From positions 117,738,001 through 117,802,000 of the forward strand of contig NC_082706.1 of the NCBI RefSeq assembly GCF_030144855.1: a stretch of 64,000 bases of DNA. The letters are read 5' to 3'. The DNA is from Hypanus sabinus (lineage: Eukaryota). Positions 1 through 12,264 of the stretch are shown piece after piece; position 1 is the first letter of the stretch; every line of letters starts with the position of its first letter. A program made the position numbers and the translations under genes. The notes beneath the pieces were generated by a model. It did no database searches. It was not told the DNA's origin and saw only the letters and a program-made list of their open reading frames with translations.

Positions 1-552
1 CCAGAAGGTCTATATTACAAAATTGGAAAGAAGTAAACCCTCCTACCACATTTCAGTGGTTCTCTCAAACTATTTCTTATTTGAGCTTAGAAAAAATTAG
101 AAGTACTATTTTTGACTCATCAATTAAATTTGAAGAAACTTGGGGACCGTTCATTCGACATTTTCATATGATTTAACTTGGTCTCTTCCAGACCTTTTCT
201 CTTTTTATTCTTGTTCTGGTATGGTGTTCCGGAGTTTTTGGCACTATCATATACATATAAACTGTTATTATTGCCCATGTTAGTTTAGTTTAGGTTTAAT
301 TTTTTTTTCAATATATATTCTTTTTTCTTGTATTTTTTCTTTTTTTTTCTTTTGATGATTATTCTTATTCTTTTTCATGTATAATTAATATAGGTTAGAT
401 TGATTAATGTACTATTTTTTGCTGATATTTTAATAAGATATTGTTATCTTATTACTAATTCAATTCTAATGCACTCATAACCTACTCAATATTACGATAT
501 GTTTTTTATATATATGAAATTCAATAAAAAGATTGAAAAAGAAAGAAAGAAG
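1..552 (+). mobile_element. 3' end of an L1/Tx1-type LINE (ORF2 C-terminus, T-rich 3'UTR, A-rich tail)
   Basis: 3..176 translates RRSILQNWKEVNPPTTFQWFSQTISYLSLEKIRS...FEETWGPFIRHFHMI*, matching the fish L1 ORF2 terminal motif (RR.IL..WK...PP...W...LEKI...F...W.PF); AATAAA plus (GAAA)n tail at ~523-552. Confidence 0.8.
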
Positions 553-1379
553 ATTGTGTCCACATGCCCTTAATCTCCCCTTTTTGATCCTTTTTGCCAT
601 TTTCCTAAAATAAGAGGTAAAATTCAGTGGATTCTTAACCTACCAACGAGCATTTGGAAGGTAGGAAAAGGAAATTAGGACTTAAAATGGAAGCCCAGGC
701 ACTTATGGGAAGGACATGTAACATGTAAACATGAAACAGACAGCCACTAAGGTCAGGGTAAATTTCAAGTTGTGTGGCAGCAGCAACAACTGCTTTGTCA
801 CTGTACCACTTTCCCCCTGAAATTGAGAAAAGCTCCAAGTTACCTCCAGGCCAGCGATAAATGCAGCCTTGAAAATGAATAAAGAAATAAAAGAGCATTC
901 ACCTTCTATTGACTGATTATTGCCTCTGGCTACCTACTTTAAATGATGCATTCTAACTTGTTTCCTTCATATTTTCTTACCCACTGCAAACAAAAATGTA
1001 AGTGCCAGAAATAAAGTTGAGAGCTGCCAGTCTGACTTGGAAGAACATTTTTTGTTCTGCTTTTAGGCAGTTATTAATTAGTAGATCCTCAAGTCTGGTC
1101 TGGCAGTTATAAATATAATTTCAACTCCACATTCTCATGTCCGCGTAGTAAACATTCAGCCCCTTGCCAATTAGGAATTAGCAATCAGAAGTTCTGCTTA
1201 AAAGCAATTTGAAGTTCTGTTTACTCTGCCCAAAGAGTCCCATAAACTAGAGACTCTTTCAATAATTGAGTGATCGTTACTTCTAAATTGTGACCTCCTT
1301 GTTCTACCCAGTTTGTCCCGATTCCCTTAATACCTCAAGAAATTGCAATATTACATCTAAAAACCAGGAAGACATTGCA

Positions 1380-1645
1380 GGCAAGAGATATGTGCAGAGG
1401 AAGTTTGTTCAATAGGGGGTTGCAGTATCTCAGAGCGACCTCTGCTGTGCCACAGAGAACAAGCGGCAGATACATAAAGAGAGATTAAACAACCAAAAGC
1501 CCCAACCATTAGCCACAGCCACCATTCACTCTTGCCCACACTGCAACAGAATATGTGAATCTTGCATCGGCCTCTACAGTAACCTGAGGGCACACCTACA
1601 GACAACTACATAGTAGAACATGGTACTCGACTTGAATGGTCGCAT
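1380..1645 (+). mobile_element. RTE-clade LINE 3' fragment
   Basis: Encodes a terminal C2H2-type finger, CPHCNRICESCIGLYSNLRAH, typical of RTE/BovB C-termini. Confidence 0.65.
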
Positions 1646-4406
1646 TACTACATTCACCCACAGACAAAAGCATCCTCTCCACTTCCAAAAGATCCCCTTG
1701 TTCCCCTTTTCCCCCTAAATCACAGATAATGTCTTTCCCTTGCCTTTCCTACATAAATCAACACATTCCTTCCAGGAGTTAGCCCTATACTTCTGATTAC
1801 TGTACTCACTTCTCACTCACCAAGGCTCTTGTTTCCACATTTCCCTTCAATTCACTAAGAACCATTTCTTGAAATCGACCAACCAGTGTTTTGCTTACTG
1901 CACTCCATCTAAGCTTATTGGCTTCATATGGAAATTTATCATTACAATGTATAAAAATATAAAAATGTGTGTTAAAATATGCAGGAGATTCAATATAGAA
2001 AAACATCCAATAATTCAGAAGGTCTGCTAATCCTGCATCATCAAGATCCGAAGCCTATCAGATAATCAGAGTTTTACTGTACAGATTTTAGAAAATTCAA
2101 GTCAAATTGTATCTTCCCTAACTTCCTTAAGAATCTTTAAGCCCAGCAGATGTGCTATTGTCAATTTTTGAGTGATTTCTGTGATTTTTCACAGAACAAT
2201 AAAATTTCATACTCAGTTGCACCCTGTCCCTGTTAACATACACATTTGAACGTTAAGCCTAGGTATTTAACTAATTTCTCTGCTACTTCGTCACTATTGA
2301 TTGTCTACTTTATTGTGGGGTATTGCCTTATCTGTCTCACTACTGATGTACTCATGGAAAATCTTTTGCACAGCTTGGTACTTTTTTCCACACACTCCAT
2401 ATTAAAAGCTCCTCTTCCATAGCTTCACAAAATCATCTCATTGTGAGCTTCGTATTCTCAGTGCTGGCAGAAAGAAGATAAAAAACTGTCATAGCATACC
2501 TCAGCACCAGCAGGAAAGTGAGTGGAAAGTAAGGAGCATCACCCTGCTGATGAACGTGAGTGATTTGCTGATGACCAACATTTCTCTGAACATGGTAAGC
2601 TCAAGCTTTTCATGGGTTGTGTCCTTGTGATGAAGGGAAGCAGTAATCTACTCATGAGTGGTATTTGTCAACTCAATGAGAACATCAAGCTGTCCCCTGC
2701 TGACATATGATTGCTCCTTTAGAGCATCAAATTGCTCTTGTGTGACAGAGACATGACGTCCACCATGATCAGGCTGAGACCGCAGAGAAATAGAAACACG
2801 TTGAGTTGCCTCCATCTGTGCCTTCACTGCAGCAGGATTTGATATGTGACAAGATTGTCACTGAGTCCTTCAAAGAATTGTGGAGGTTGTTGTCTCCAGA
2901 CTCTACACAAGCTTTTATGACAGTGCGGGGTGGGGGTAGGGATGGACTCTTTCAAGCTGCATGCTGTATCTTACATTTAGCTAGGCAGGTCAGAACATAC
3001 ATCGACAATCTTTTTTTTTGTATCCCCATCAACTTTGTCATGAAAGCATCTCAAATGTGCTTGAGGTTAATAGATTAATTTAATACTGCATACGGTTTCT
3101 AGTGTTCTGGTAGTAAAACATGGGTGATTTGATGGGAATGTAGGGAGAAATTTTTAAAAAATAGGATTAACGTAGGACTAATGAAAATGGGTGATTAATG
3201 TTTGGCATGAAATTATAGAGTTATACAGCACTGGAACTAACCATTTGGCCCATCGTATTCATGCTTACTTTTGCTTCCCATCTGCACTAATCCCATTTTC
3301 TTGCATTACACATGTATCCTTCTATTCCTGGCCTTTCAATGTACCTGTCTAAATGTCTCTTAAAAGTTGTATCTAATTCCAACTGCTCCTTTAGCAGCAT
3401 GTTCACATGTCAACACTTGCTGTGAAAATCTTTCATTGCAAATTCCTATTACCAATCCTTCCTCTCAATCTTAAATTATTGCTGTCTTGTTTTTAATACC
3501 CTCACTATGGGGAAATGATTCTGATAATCTACTCTATCCATGGTCACTCATTATTTCATATTCCTCTATCAAGTCATGCCTCCGATTCTTTTGCTCCATC
3601 GAAAGAAAATCTAGCATATCCATTTTCTACTCATAACAAAATAACTCCTATCCAGACAGCATCCTGGGTGAACCTCCTTAGCACTCTCTCTGGCAAAACC
3701 ACCTCTTTTCTGCAGTATGGAGACCAGTAACTGCAGTGTAACTTTGAAAAATTGCAACATTAGGTCCCGGAGCTTATACTCAATGCACTGGCCTATGAAG
3801 CCTTCTCTTTCCTGTCTCAGTTTTTCTCTGAAATGTTGCCAATTTCAGAGAACTGTAGACTTGAACTGCAAGATTTCTCTGTTCACCAATGTTCTTTGGT
3901 ACCCAACCACTTGCTGAACACATTCTCCCTCTTATTTGACTTCTAAAACTGCATCATCTCACAGTTATTGGAAGTAAATTCTAAATCCCAGCAATGTCCA
4001 ACTTCCCATCTTATCTATATTCTGCTGTAGTTTTAGATGTCCTCCCTAGCCTTCCACAACACTATGAACACTTGTATTGTCCATATACATACGAATTATA
4101 CCTCCTAGGTTCATGTCCAAGTCATTAATATTGATCAACTACAACAAGGGTCTCAGCACCGATCCATGCAGCATACCACTGGTCACAGACTTCCAATCAG
4201 AAGATCATCCCTTTTCACCACTTCCTAGCACCAAGCCAATTTTGGATCCAATTAACAAGCTCACTTTGGATCCCATGCACTCTAATCTTCCAAAACAACC
4301 TACCATCTTTACACGAGGAAATCTGCAGATGCTGGAAATTCAAACAACACACACAAAATGCTGGTGGAACACAGCAGGCCAGGCAGCATCTATAAGGAGA
4401 ACCACT

Positions 4407-4440
4407 GTCGACATTTTGGGCCAAGACCCTTCGTCAGGAC
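4407..4440 (-). ncRNA. Degenerate minimal hammerhead ribozyme (PLE pLTR)
   Basis: Reverse complement reads GTC-CTGACGA-AGGGTCTTGGCCC-AAAA-TGTC-GAC; GAAA core changed to AAAA (CpG-type change). Confidence 0.7.
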
Positions 4441-5233
4441 TAACTGAAAGGAAAGATAGTAAGAGATCTGAAAGTAGGAGGGGGAGGGGGAAATATGAAA
4501 TGATAGGAGAAGACTGGAGGGGGTGGGGTGAAGCTGAGAGCTGGAAAGGTGATTGGCAAAAGGGATACAGAGCTGGAGAAGAGAAATGATCATGAGATGG
4601 GAGGCCTAAGGAGAAAGAAAGGGAGAGGAGAATACCAGAGGGAGATGGAGAACAGGCAGAGTGATGGGCAGAAACAGAGAAAAAAAAAGGAGGAGGGGGG
4701 AGAAAGCTAAATATATCAGGAATGGGATAAGAAGGGGAGGAGGGGCATTAATGGAAGTTAGAGAAATCAATGTTCATGCCATCAGGTTGGAGGCTACCCA
4801 GTTGATATACAAGGTGTTGTTCCTCCAACCTAAGTGTGGCTTCATCTTGTCAGTAGAGGAGGCCATGGATAGACATATCAGAATGGGAATGGGACGTGGA
4901 ATTAAAATATGTTGAATGTTGACTTCTCTAACTTCCGTTAATTCCGCTCCTCCCCTTCTTACCCAATCACTGATATATTTAGTTTTTTTCCCCCCTCCTC
5001 TTTTTTTCTCTCTCTCTGCCTGTTCTCCATTTTGCTCTGGTGTTCCCCTCCCCCTTTCTTTCTCCTTAGGCCTCCCGTCCCATGATCCTTTCCTTTCTCC
5101 AGCTCTGTATCCCTTTTGCGAATCACCTGTCTGGCTCTCAGCTTCACCCCAACCCCTCCGGTCTTCTCCTATCATTTCGCATTTCCCCCTCCTCCTCTAC
5201 TTTCAAATCTCTTACTATCTTTCCTTTCAGTTA

Positions 5234-5267
5234 GTCCTGACGAAGGGTCTCGGCCCAAACCGTCGAA
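5234..5267 (+). ncRNA. Degenerate minimal hammerhead ribozyme (PLE pLTR)
   Basis: GTC-CTGACGA-AGGGTCTCGGCCC-AAAC-CGTC-GAA; GAAA core mutated. Confidence 0.7.
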
Positions 5268-5385
5268 GTGCTTCTCCCTATAGATGCTGTCTGGCCTGCT
5301 GTATTCCACCAGCATTTTGTGTGTTGCTACCATGTTTAACCTGTGAAACGCCTTTCTAAACCCCACAAAGATATCTTTCATTTCC

Positions 5386-5986
5386 CTAACTGTGGGACTG
5401 AGTTTAGGAGCTGAGAGGTAATGTTGCAGCTGTATAGGACCATGCTCAGACCCCACTTGGGGTACTGTGCTCAGTTCTGGTTGCCTCACCACAGGAAGGA
5501 CATGGAAACCATAGAAAGGGTGCAGAGGAGATTTACAAGGATGTTGTCTGGATTGGGGAGCATGCCTTATGAGAATGGATTGAGTGAACTCGGCCTTTTC
5601 TCGTTGGAGCAACAGAGGATGAGAGGTGATCTAATAGAGCTGTATAAGATGATGTTAGGCATTGATCGTGTGGATAGTCAGAGGCTTTTTCCCAGGGCTG
5701 GAATGGCTAGCACAGTTTTAATGTGCTTGAAAGTAGATACAGAGGAGATGTCAGGGGTAAGTTTTTTACGCAGAGTGGTGAGTGCGTGGAATGGGCTACC
5801 GGCGACAGTGGTGGAGACGGATACGATAGGATCTTGTAAGAGACTCCTGGACAGGTACATGGAGCTCAGAAAAATAGAGGGTTATGTGTAAGCCGAGGTA
5901 ATTTCTAAGGTAAAAACATGTTCAGCACAGCTTCATGGTCTGAAGGGCCTGTATTGTGCTGTAGATTTTCTATGTTTCTATGTTTC
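5386..5986 (+). mobile_element. 5'-truncated CR1 LINE
   Basis: ORF 5421-5891 LYRTMLRPHLGYCAQFW...LERVQRRFTRM-like...RMRGDLIELYK; (CTATGTTT)n tail. Confidence 0.9.
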
Positions 5987-6954
5987 CATTAATCTTCTTA
6001 ATTAGTTCCTCAATAAAAAAAAACAATAAGATTAATGAGGCAGGATTTCCACTGCTTGAAACCATGCTGACTATCACTGATCATCATTTCCAAATGCACA
6101 TAAATCTCATCCATTATGATTTTCTACAATAACTTCCCTACCACTGAAGGGCTTGTTGTTACTTGGTTTATTCCTGCTGCCTTGTTAATGAAAGGAATAA
6201 CATTAACTATCCTCTGAGATATCACCTGTGGTCAATGAAGGTGAACTAATTTCCGTCAGTGTCCCAGCCATCTTTTCCTTGAGGTCTTAAATAAATACTC
6301 TGATCAACATTCACCAAGACGACAAGGAGTTCATATTGATAATCTGGATCGAGTCAGTACTAAAACTGAAGATAAATTAATGTCATGGGACCTAGAAGAG
6401 TTGATAAATCCCTAGGATTACAAACTGTCTATCTCAGGTTGCTATGGGAGGCAAAGGAAAAGTGGGGTTTGAGCAGGGTCCCATCTATTTCAGCTGGTTT
6501 TGTTCATAGATGACCCCTTTACACCCCATGAGGACCTAGTCTTCCCTTGGCTGCCCTCTTGCTCCTGATATAAAAAATCTAGAGCTGAAGAGTCTGTTTC
6601 ACTGTTTCATCTCTCTCTGAACAAACGACTTTGACCTACCATGTGAACAGTAGGAATAGATTCGTTATGTGTCATGTGAGGTAACAGCCAGTAGTGTCTG
6701 ACATAACTCTCTTTGACATGGATAACTCATCCTTTCTGGTGCCTGATTTAGAGATGGTGTCAGGGGATGCCAAGCATATGAACAACAATGTACTTTGGTC
6801 ACTGTTGTTATATCACTCTTTCTGTTCCCATTTCATGCTGCCCTCCATCTCTTGCATCTCCTCCTGGTCTCCTAGCTTTGTGTCATGTTACTCTGGTGAG
6901 AAGGAAGTAGGAGATCTCCCTTTACAACCTGCAAAGACAAAATATTATTGATCT

Positions 6955-7772
6955 GCAGTTGTATATCATTTATAAATTCAACAATGCCACAACTGCTGTC
7001 AGCAGAATTACAAATGGTGATGAGAAGATGTACAGGAGTGAGATAGATTGGCTGGTTGAGTGGTTTCAGAACAACTTTACACTCGGTGCCAGTAAGACCA
7101 AGGAATTAATAGTGGGATTCAGGAAGGGTAAGTCACAGGAACACACACTAGTCATTGAGAGGACAGCAGTGGAAGGGGTGAGCAGTTTCAAGTTCCTGGG
7201 TGTCAACATCTTGGAATATCTATCCTAGGACTGATGTACAATTTTGATGAAAGTGTAATATCATCAGGAGTTTGAAGTGATTTGCTACATCACTAAAGTT
7301 TTTAGCAGATGAAATATGGAGAAAATTCTAACTGGTTGTATCACAGTCTAGTATGGAGGGACCTGTATACAGGATAGGACAAAAAGCTAAGGAGAAGGAT
7401 AAACTAGCCAGCTCCGTCATGGGCACTGGCCTCCCCTCCTTTGAAGACATCTTCAGAAAGTGATGCCCTAAAATGGTGGCACCCATCATTAAATACATGC
7501 CCTCTTCTCATTACTACCATCAGGGAGGAAATAGAGGACCCCACTGACTCACACTCAACATTTTGAAAACAGCTTCTTCCCCTCCAGCTTCTGATATCTG
7601 AATGGTCAATGAACCCATGAACACTACCTTCGCTCTCTTTTTGCAGTACTTAATTAATATTTCAATATATATAAATTTTGTACTTTATAGTAAATTTTAT
7701 GTATTGCATTGTACTGCTGCCAGAAAACAACAAATTTAACGACATATGTCAGTGATAATAAACCTGATTGTG
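6955..7772 (+). mobile_element. Rex1/Babar LINE 3' fragment
   Basis: KF..ATTAVSRITNGDE..YRSEIDWLVEW..NN..L..SKTKELIV.FRK...VSSFKFLGVNI; typical 3'UTR ending gataataaacctgatt. Confidence 0.8.
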
Positions 7773-9017
7773 AAGCCATGCATAAAGCACCTTTATGGGA
7801 TGCCACTTTGCATGGTAATGAGGAAACCTACTGCGGGATAAGTTAGATGTCTGTAGTTATTACAATGAAACATTGATAATGAATGTCACTGACAGACATA
7901 GTACAGCCTCTCATTGAGATCTGGTTTGGACTTCACAGCCCTGCTGTCCAGGAGAAGAAGAATGATCATTTCCTCTGGCCTGGTGTGCCTCGTTTCGAGT
8001 GCTCTGATCCTTTCTGAATGCTTCCTCTCCGATCTCACATATTTTCAGTCTAAATAAAGTGGATGAAGAACATTTAGAAAGCTGCATTCATTACATTGTT
8101 ACATATTTGTAGGTATAAACCCCTTTTTACTGGACATCCCCAGAAACACGGCTTTGTTGGTCCCTCGTTAACAGCCACTGAACTCAGCAGTGAGAAAACC
8201 ACCTTTCTTGAACACAGTGCATATAGGGACCCACCAGATTGGGAGGTTCAGATGTTTTGACCACCTCAACCCCAATCTGAGTGTAAATACTGCCCAAGTG
8301 CAATTATCTGTCAGCAAGAAATGACAGATCAATCACTGCATGCAATAATAAAGGAGGTGTAGTTATGAATACCAACTTTAATCAGTCATCAAAGAAGAAA
8401 GATAAAGAAAGAAAAACATAAAAGAGCCTATTATAATTAAAGGGCCCTGTGTGGGGAGGTTCGGGAACCTGTTCATCAATTTTTGGGGAGGTTGCATAAA
8501 GTAACGTATACCACACTCTAATTTCCTTATCCTCTGAGTCCATTGAGCATTCGGTGGTTAGGTCTCATTCAGGTCTCTTCACTGATCGCTTTTCTGTTCT
8601 CCACCTTCAGCACAGAGTCCTCCTACTAGCTGTTGGATCCATGTCAGGCTCTGGGTCAATAGGTACCTCCTGTCCTCAACCTATAAAGTGGTTCTGAAAG
8701 ATAATTTTGACGGGCCTATTCCATTTTCTGGCTTCACCCAGAAAACTGACACATTTGACATCTACCTCTCTACTATGTAAGGTGTAGACATCTAGCAGTC
8801 AGCCAACTTATGCTTCCCTGGTTGCCCCAAGTTCCTTATTAAAACTCAGTTTCCAGGCATCATCTGGGAGAACCTAATCTTCTGATCACATCTCCTCTTG
8901 CTTCATTGATTCTGCTTGGTAGCAGAGACCTCTGCAAGTTCATAAGCCTTTTGCAGTTCCCTCCTCATGTCAGACACATAGTTAATATAGGTCTTCTGTG
9001 GAAACTCTTCCCTGCCA

Positions 9018-9235
9018 GTTGTAAAACTGTCACACACAGATGAACTGCTATATATGCTTATTGCATTTGGTAGGAAATATTTTCTGTAAGGACCAATGTG
9101 GCAGTGGAGCTGAATGAGTCTGTTCGAAAGGGTGCTCCACTGTTTATTCAGTAGGTCATGGAGAGGATGTGCCAGATTGTCCATAATGGACATCAATCTG
9201 TTTAGTGACCTCCTCTGCACCACAAACTCAAAAGC
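9018..9235 (-). mobile_element. Rex1/Babar-type 3' fragment inside the Gypsy pol region
   Basis: LMSIMDNLAHPLHDLLNKQWSTLSNRLIQLHC....YRKYFLPNAISIYSSS, the typical Rex/L2-group C-terminus. Confidence 0.7.
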
Positions 9236-12200
9236 CAAGGTCCAGCCTTTTTTATGAGACTATGTGTCCAATGTAGTTGACAGATGTCTTGCAAAACTGG
9301 CATTTATCAGCACTTGACAGTTTTAGTTCTTCAGCTTTCAGGCAGTTAAACACCTTCAGTAGCCTTGTCTCATGCTCCTCCAGTGTGGAACCAACAGTCT
9401 TCTCCATGTCACATTGAAAAGTAGCCAGTGCTCCTGATATGCCCTGGGGCATTCTTTCAAACTGATGAATACCACCTCCTCTTTGTCAGCCTCACTCATG
9501 GGTATCTGATAAAACCCACTCCTTAGGTCCAGCACGCAGAACCATTTCACTCCACTTAGGTAGGCCAGCACATTTTTGATCATTGGAATGGTATACTGGT
9601 CAAGCACTGTACGCCAGTTCAGTTTTCAATAGGCAATGCACATTTGTACCTTCCCCGTTTTATTCCTCACCACCACAATGGGTGATGCAGACGGACTCCA
9701 TAACTCAATGATAATTCCAGTTTCCTTCAGCCTCAGCAAATGCTGTCAAATACCTTCAACCCCTGTTGGTGCTAATCACCAAAACCTTTCTCTGAAAGGG
9801 GTGTCCTCTGTCACTCAGATGGTGTGGTGAGTACTCTTGGAACAAAGCACATCAAACTTGTCAGTAAAAAAGACATCTTTGAGCTTTAGCATCTTCTTGT
9901 CAGTCTCCCTTTCCAACTCTCGGGTACCAGGGAGTCATCAAAATTGAATGACTTGGTTGTCAACTTTCCTGATCTAGGAGATTATCTCTCTCCTGGTTTT
10001 CTCACAGGAAAACTAGACATTATGGTCTCTGAGAAAAGATGTACCATTGGCATCCCCAGCCTAAGGGTGATCTCTGTCTTCAAGGTGTTCCTGACAATCA
10101 CTGTCATCCCGTTTATGTGTGCAGGTGATGGTTTCTGCAGATCAGGCCTCACCAGCACCCCAGCAGGTAAGCATAACTCCTGCCCGTGGTCTTCTGGAGC
10201 ATCCACCAGGAGGCATTCTGGGAAATTTGGTGTTTTCCATCACTAGAATACTTCCCCAGGCATAACATGATGGGTTTGTGCTGGTGTACCACACAGTTCC
10301 ATATCTGTGCTCATCATCCAGCCTAAGGTGGGTTTACACTTTCTCAAAAACAACTCTGAAAACTGGGTGAATGCAGAAGGCGTTCAGAAAACTCTCTCCA
10401 GTTCCCTCCTTGCAGGCTCCCACTAGCTTCCTCACAATAGGAGTGTTTGTTCCCACAAGAATGGAATCTTCATCCTTCTCAACCAAGACGGACAGACCAA
10501 TACTGAAAGGGCGTCAGTTACTCCAACATCTGCTTCTGAAAGCTCCAGCTTCAACAACAAGTAACTGTTATACGGGTAGTCATCGGTACTGGGCCCCAGA
10601 GCTCGAGGGCACTGAGTGGCATCAATGGTAAATGCTGGTTGTAGAAGGATCTGTACTGTAGAGTGACCTGAGAACTTGTGTCAAATATGGCACAGGCATC
10701 AACAGCCTGAATCTGTATAGATACACTGCAGCTTGGTCAGTAAGTCTTCAAGAATAGGGTTTCACACTTTGGTGTGTTCCTTGATATATTGATTGAAACA
10801 TGTTCCTCCGAGATGCCAGCTTTACCCTTACTGAGTCTCTCTGAAATTTTCCGACTTCCTCTTCTGTTTAAGTAACCACTGGGTTACTTTCCAAAGGTTT
10901 TCCTGTCCTTCACACTCCCATTTGAAACGTCCATCCTCACCACAGTTGTAACAGGATATACTAATCGCTCCCATGGTCAAGGGACCCCACTCAGCAGCAA
11001 CCCTCCGCTTTGTACGTTCCACCAGCGGGTTTAGCTCCTATTGGCCTTGTCATGCTTGGTAGCAGCACCAGCCAATATCAACCGAGATACCTCGGCTCTC
11101 AGATCTTTGACTACACCCTGTAAAATTTGCTTGTGTGTGGACTCAGGGGTCACTTCAACAACAGAGAACTCATGCTCCTCTGTTACATCTCCTCCTCTCT
11201 TACATCTGTGATCAGCTCAACAAAGGGAGGGTAACGCATCCTATGAGACATTTGGAGGATTAAAGCAGTCATGACACACGACTGTGCACCAGTCACCATT
11301 CTTAATTGATTCATATCAGCCAGTTGAATGGCCCCTTTCAACGCTGTCTCTCTAGCTGAAAAATCTAGGCAGTAAGTTTCTCCCCACTCTCCCGGACCTT
11401 ATACCTGAAACTCATTATAAGCTCTGCTTGGCTACCTGTCATGCCAAAAATTATTTCTAATGCCTGCGTAAGTGGCAAATGGGTTCTCTGCCTTTAAGGA
11501 TCTCACCAGCTCAGCAGACAGACCTTTTAGACTCTATCAGTCACTAACCTTTCATATTATCTGAGCACTGCCTCTCATCCAGTCACTGAGATGTCTACTC
11601 CACCAAAGTCTCATATTCCTCCGCCCCCTCAGTGGTGGGCTTAGCTCACGAGAACATTCTCAGCCTACGGTAACTCTGAATCTCCGCTGGTGCACTCCGG
11701 CATTTATCCACCAGGGAGGTATCTGCCGATTCCAACTCAGAAATTTCACCACCCGCTGAAGAACTCATTAGACCTCCCACATCAGACATCTCCTTCCCCT
11801 CACTTCGCAGAAACAAGAGAAACTAGTCTCCAACCTCAGCTACATTCCTCTCTTCTCTCTTCTTTAAAAGTATGGATGTCCCATGGCTCCAGGTTCCCAA
11901 TCATACCAGGCAGATCCACTCCCATCATGCCATTGCCAGTCTAAACTAAAACGATATATTTGCCCGCCGTTTGGTCAAACCGCTATTCCATGAGCATAAC
12001 TTCCCCTAAACCTGGAACTGAACTTAAAATTCTAATCAGCAATTTAGCTGGGCTGTGGATATCTGCCCTGCTCGGAACACAAGTATTAGTTAAAAGGTGA
12101 TCTCTTTGAATTGCACCAAACTGTTGCGGCGTCTATAATCATGTATTTTAATCACTTTTCTGGATACTCATTTGAACACAGTCTTAAACACAGTAACCAC

Positions 12201-12241
12201 TTAATCAATTCTTGCAGCAATTACACAGTGTTCAGCGAACC

Positions 12242-12264
12242 AAATCCTGGACAACAGGCCCACA
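12242..12264 (-). other. Degenerate tRNA-Pro primer-binding site of the Gypsy element
   Basis: Reverse complement tgtgggcctgttgtccaggattt lies next to the 5'LTR and resembles the tRNA-Pro PBS TGGGGGCTCGTCCGGGATTT. Confidence 0.55.

Larger units (their letters stand above)
4312..5326. mobile_element. Penelope-like element (Neptune type), truncated foldback insertion: minus arm 4312-~4910, plus arm ~4911-5326
   Basis: The arms are reverse complements; GIY-YIG C-terminal remnants (shifted frames of ...LRLEEQHL..LGSLQPDGMNIDFSNF); flanked by a 12-bp TSD ctaccatcttta (4300-4311) / ctaccatgttta (5327-5338). Confidence 0.9.
3212..6300 (-). mobile_element. Decayed CR1 LINE (RT to 3' end), interrupted by a Penelope-like insertion and a + strand CR1
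   Basis: Minus-strand remnants GRLFWKIRVHGIQSELVNWIQNWL and FRKAFHRLNMV (= FSKAFDKVPHG); sequence continues across both insertions (4311|5327 and ~5385|5987). Confidence 0.8.

Noticed and set aside
2627-2703. GTGATGA...CTGA spacing resembling a C/D-box snoRNA
   Set aside because: No convincing terminal stem, internal C'/D' boxes or recognisable rRNA antisense element
7880-8050. Stop-poor minus-strand segment after tttag (possible exon)
   Set aside because: No recognisable protein similarity or good splice donor; could be old repeat debris
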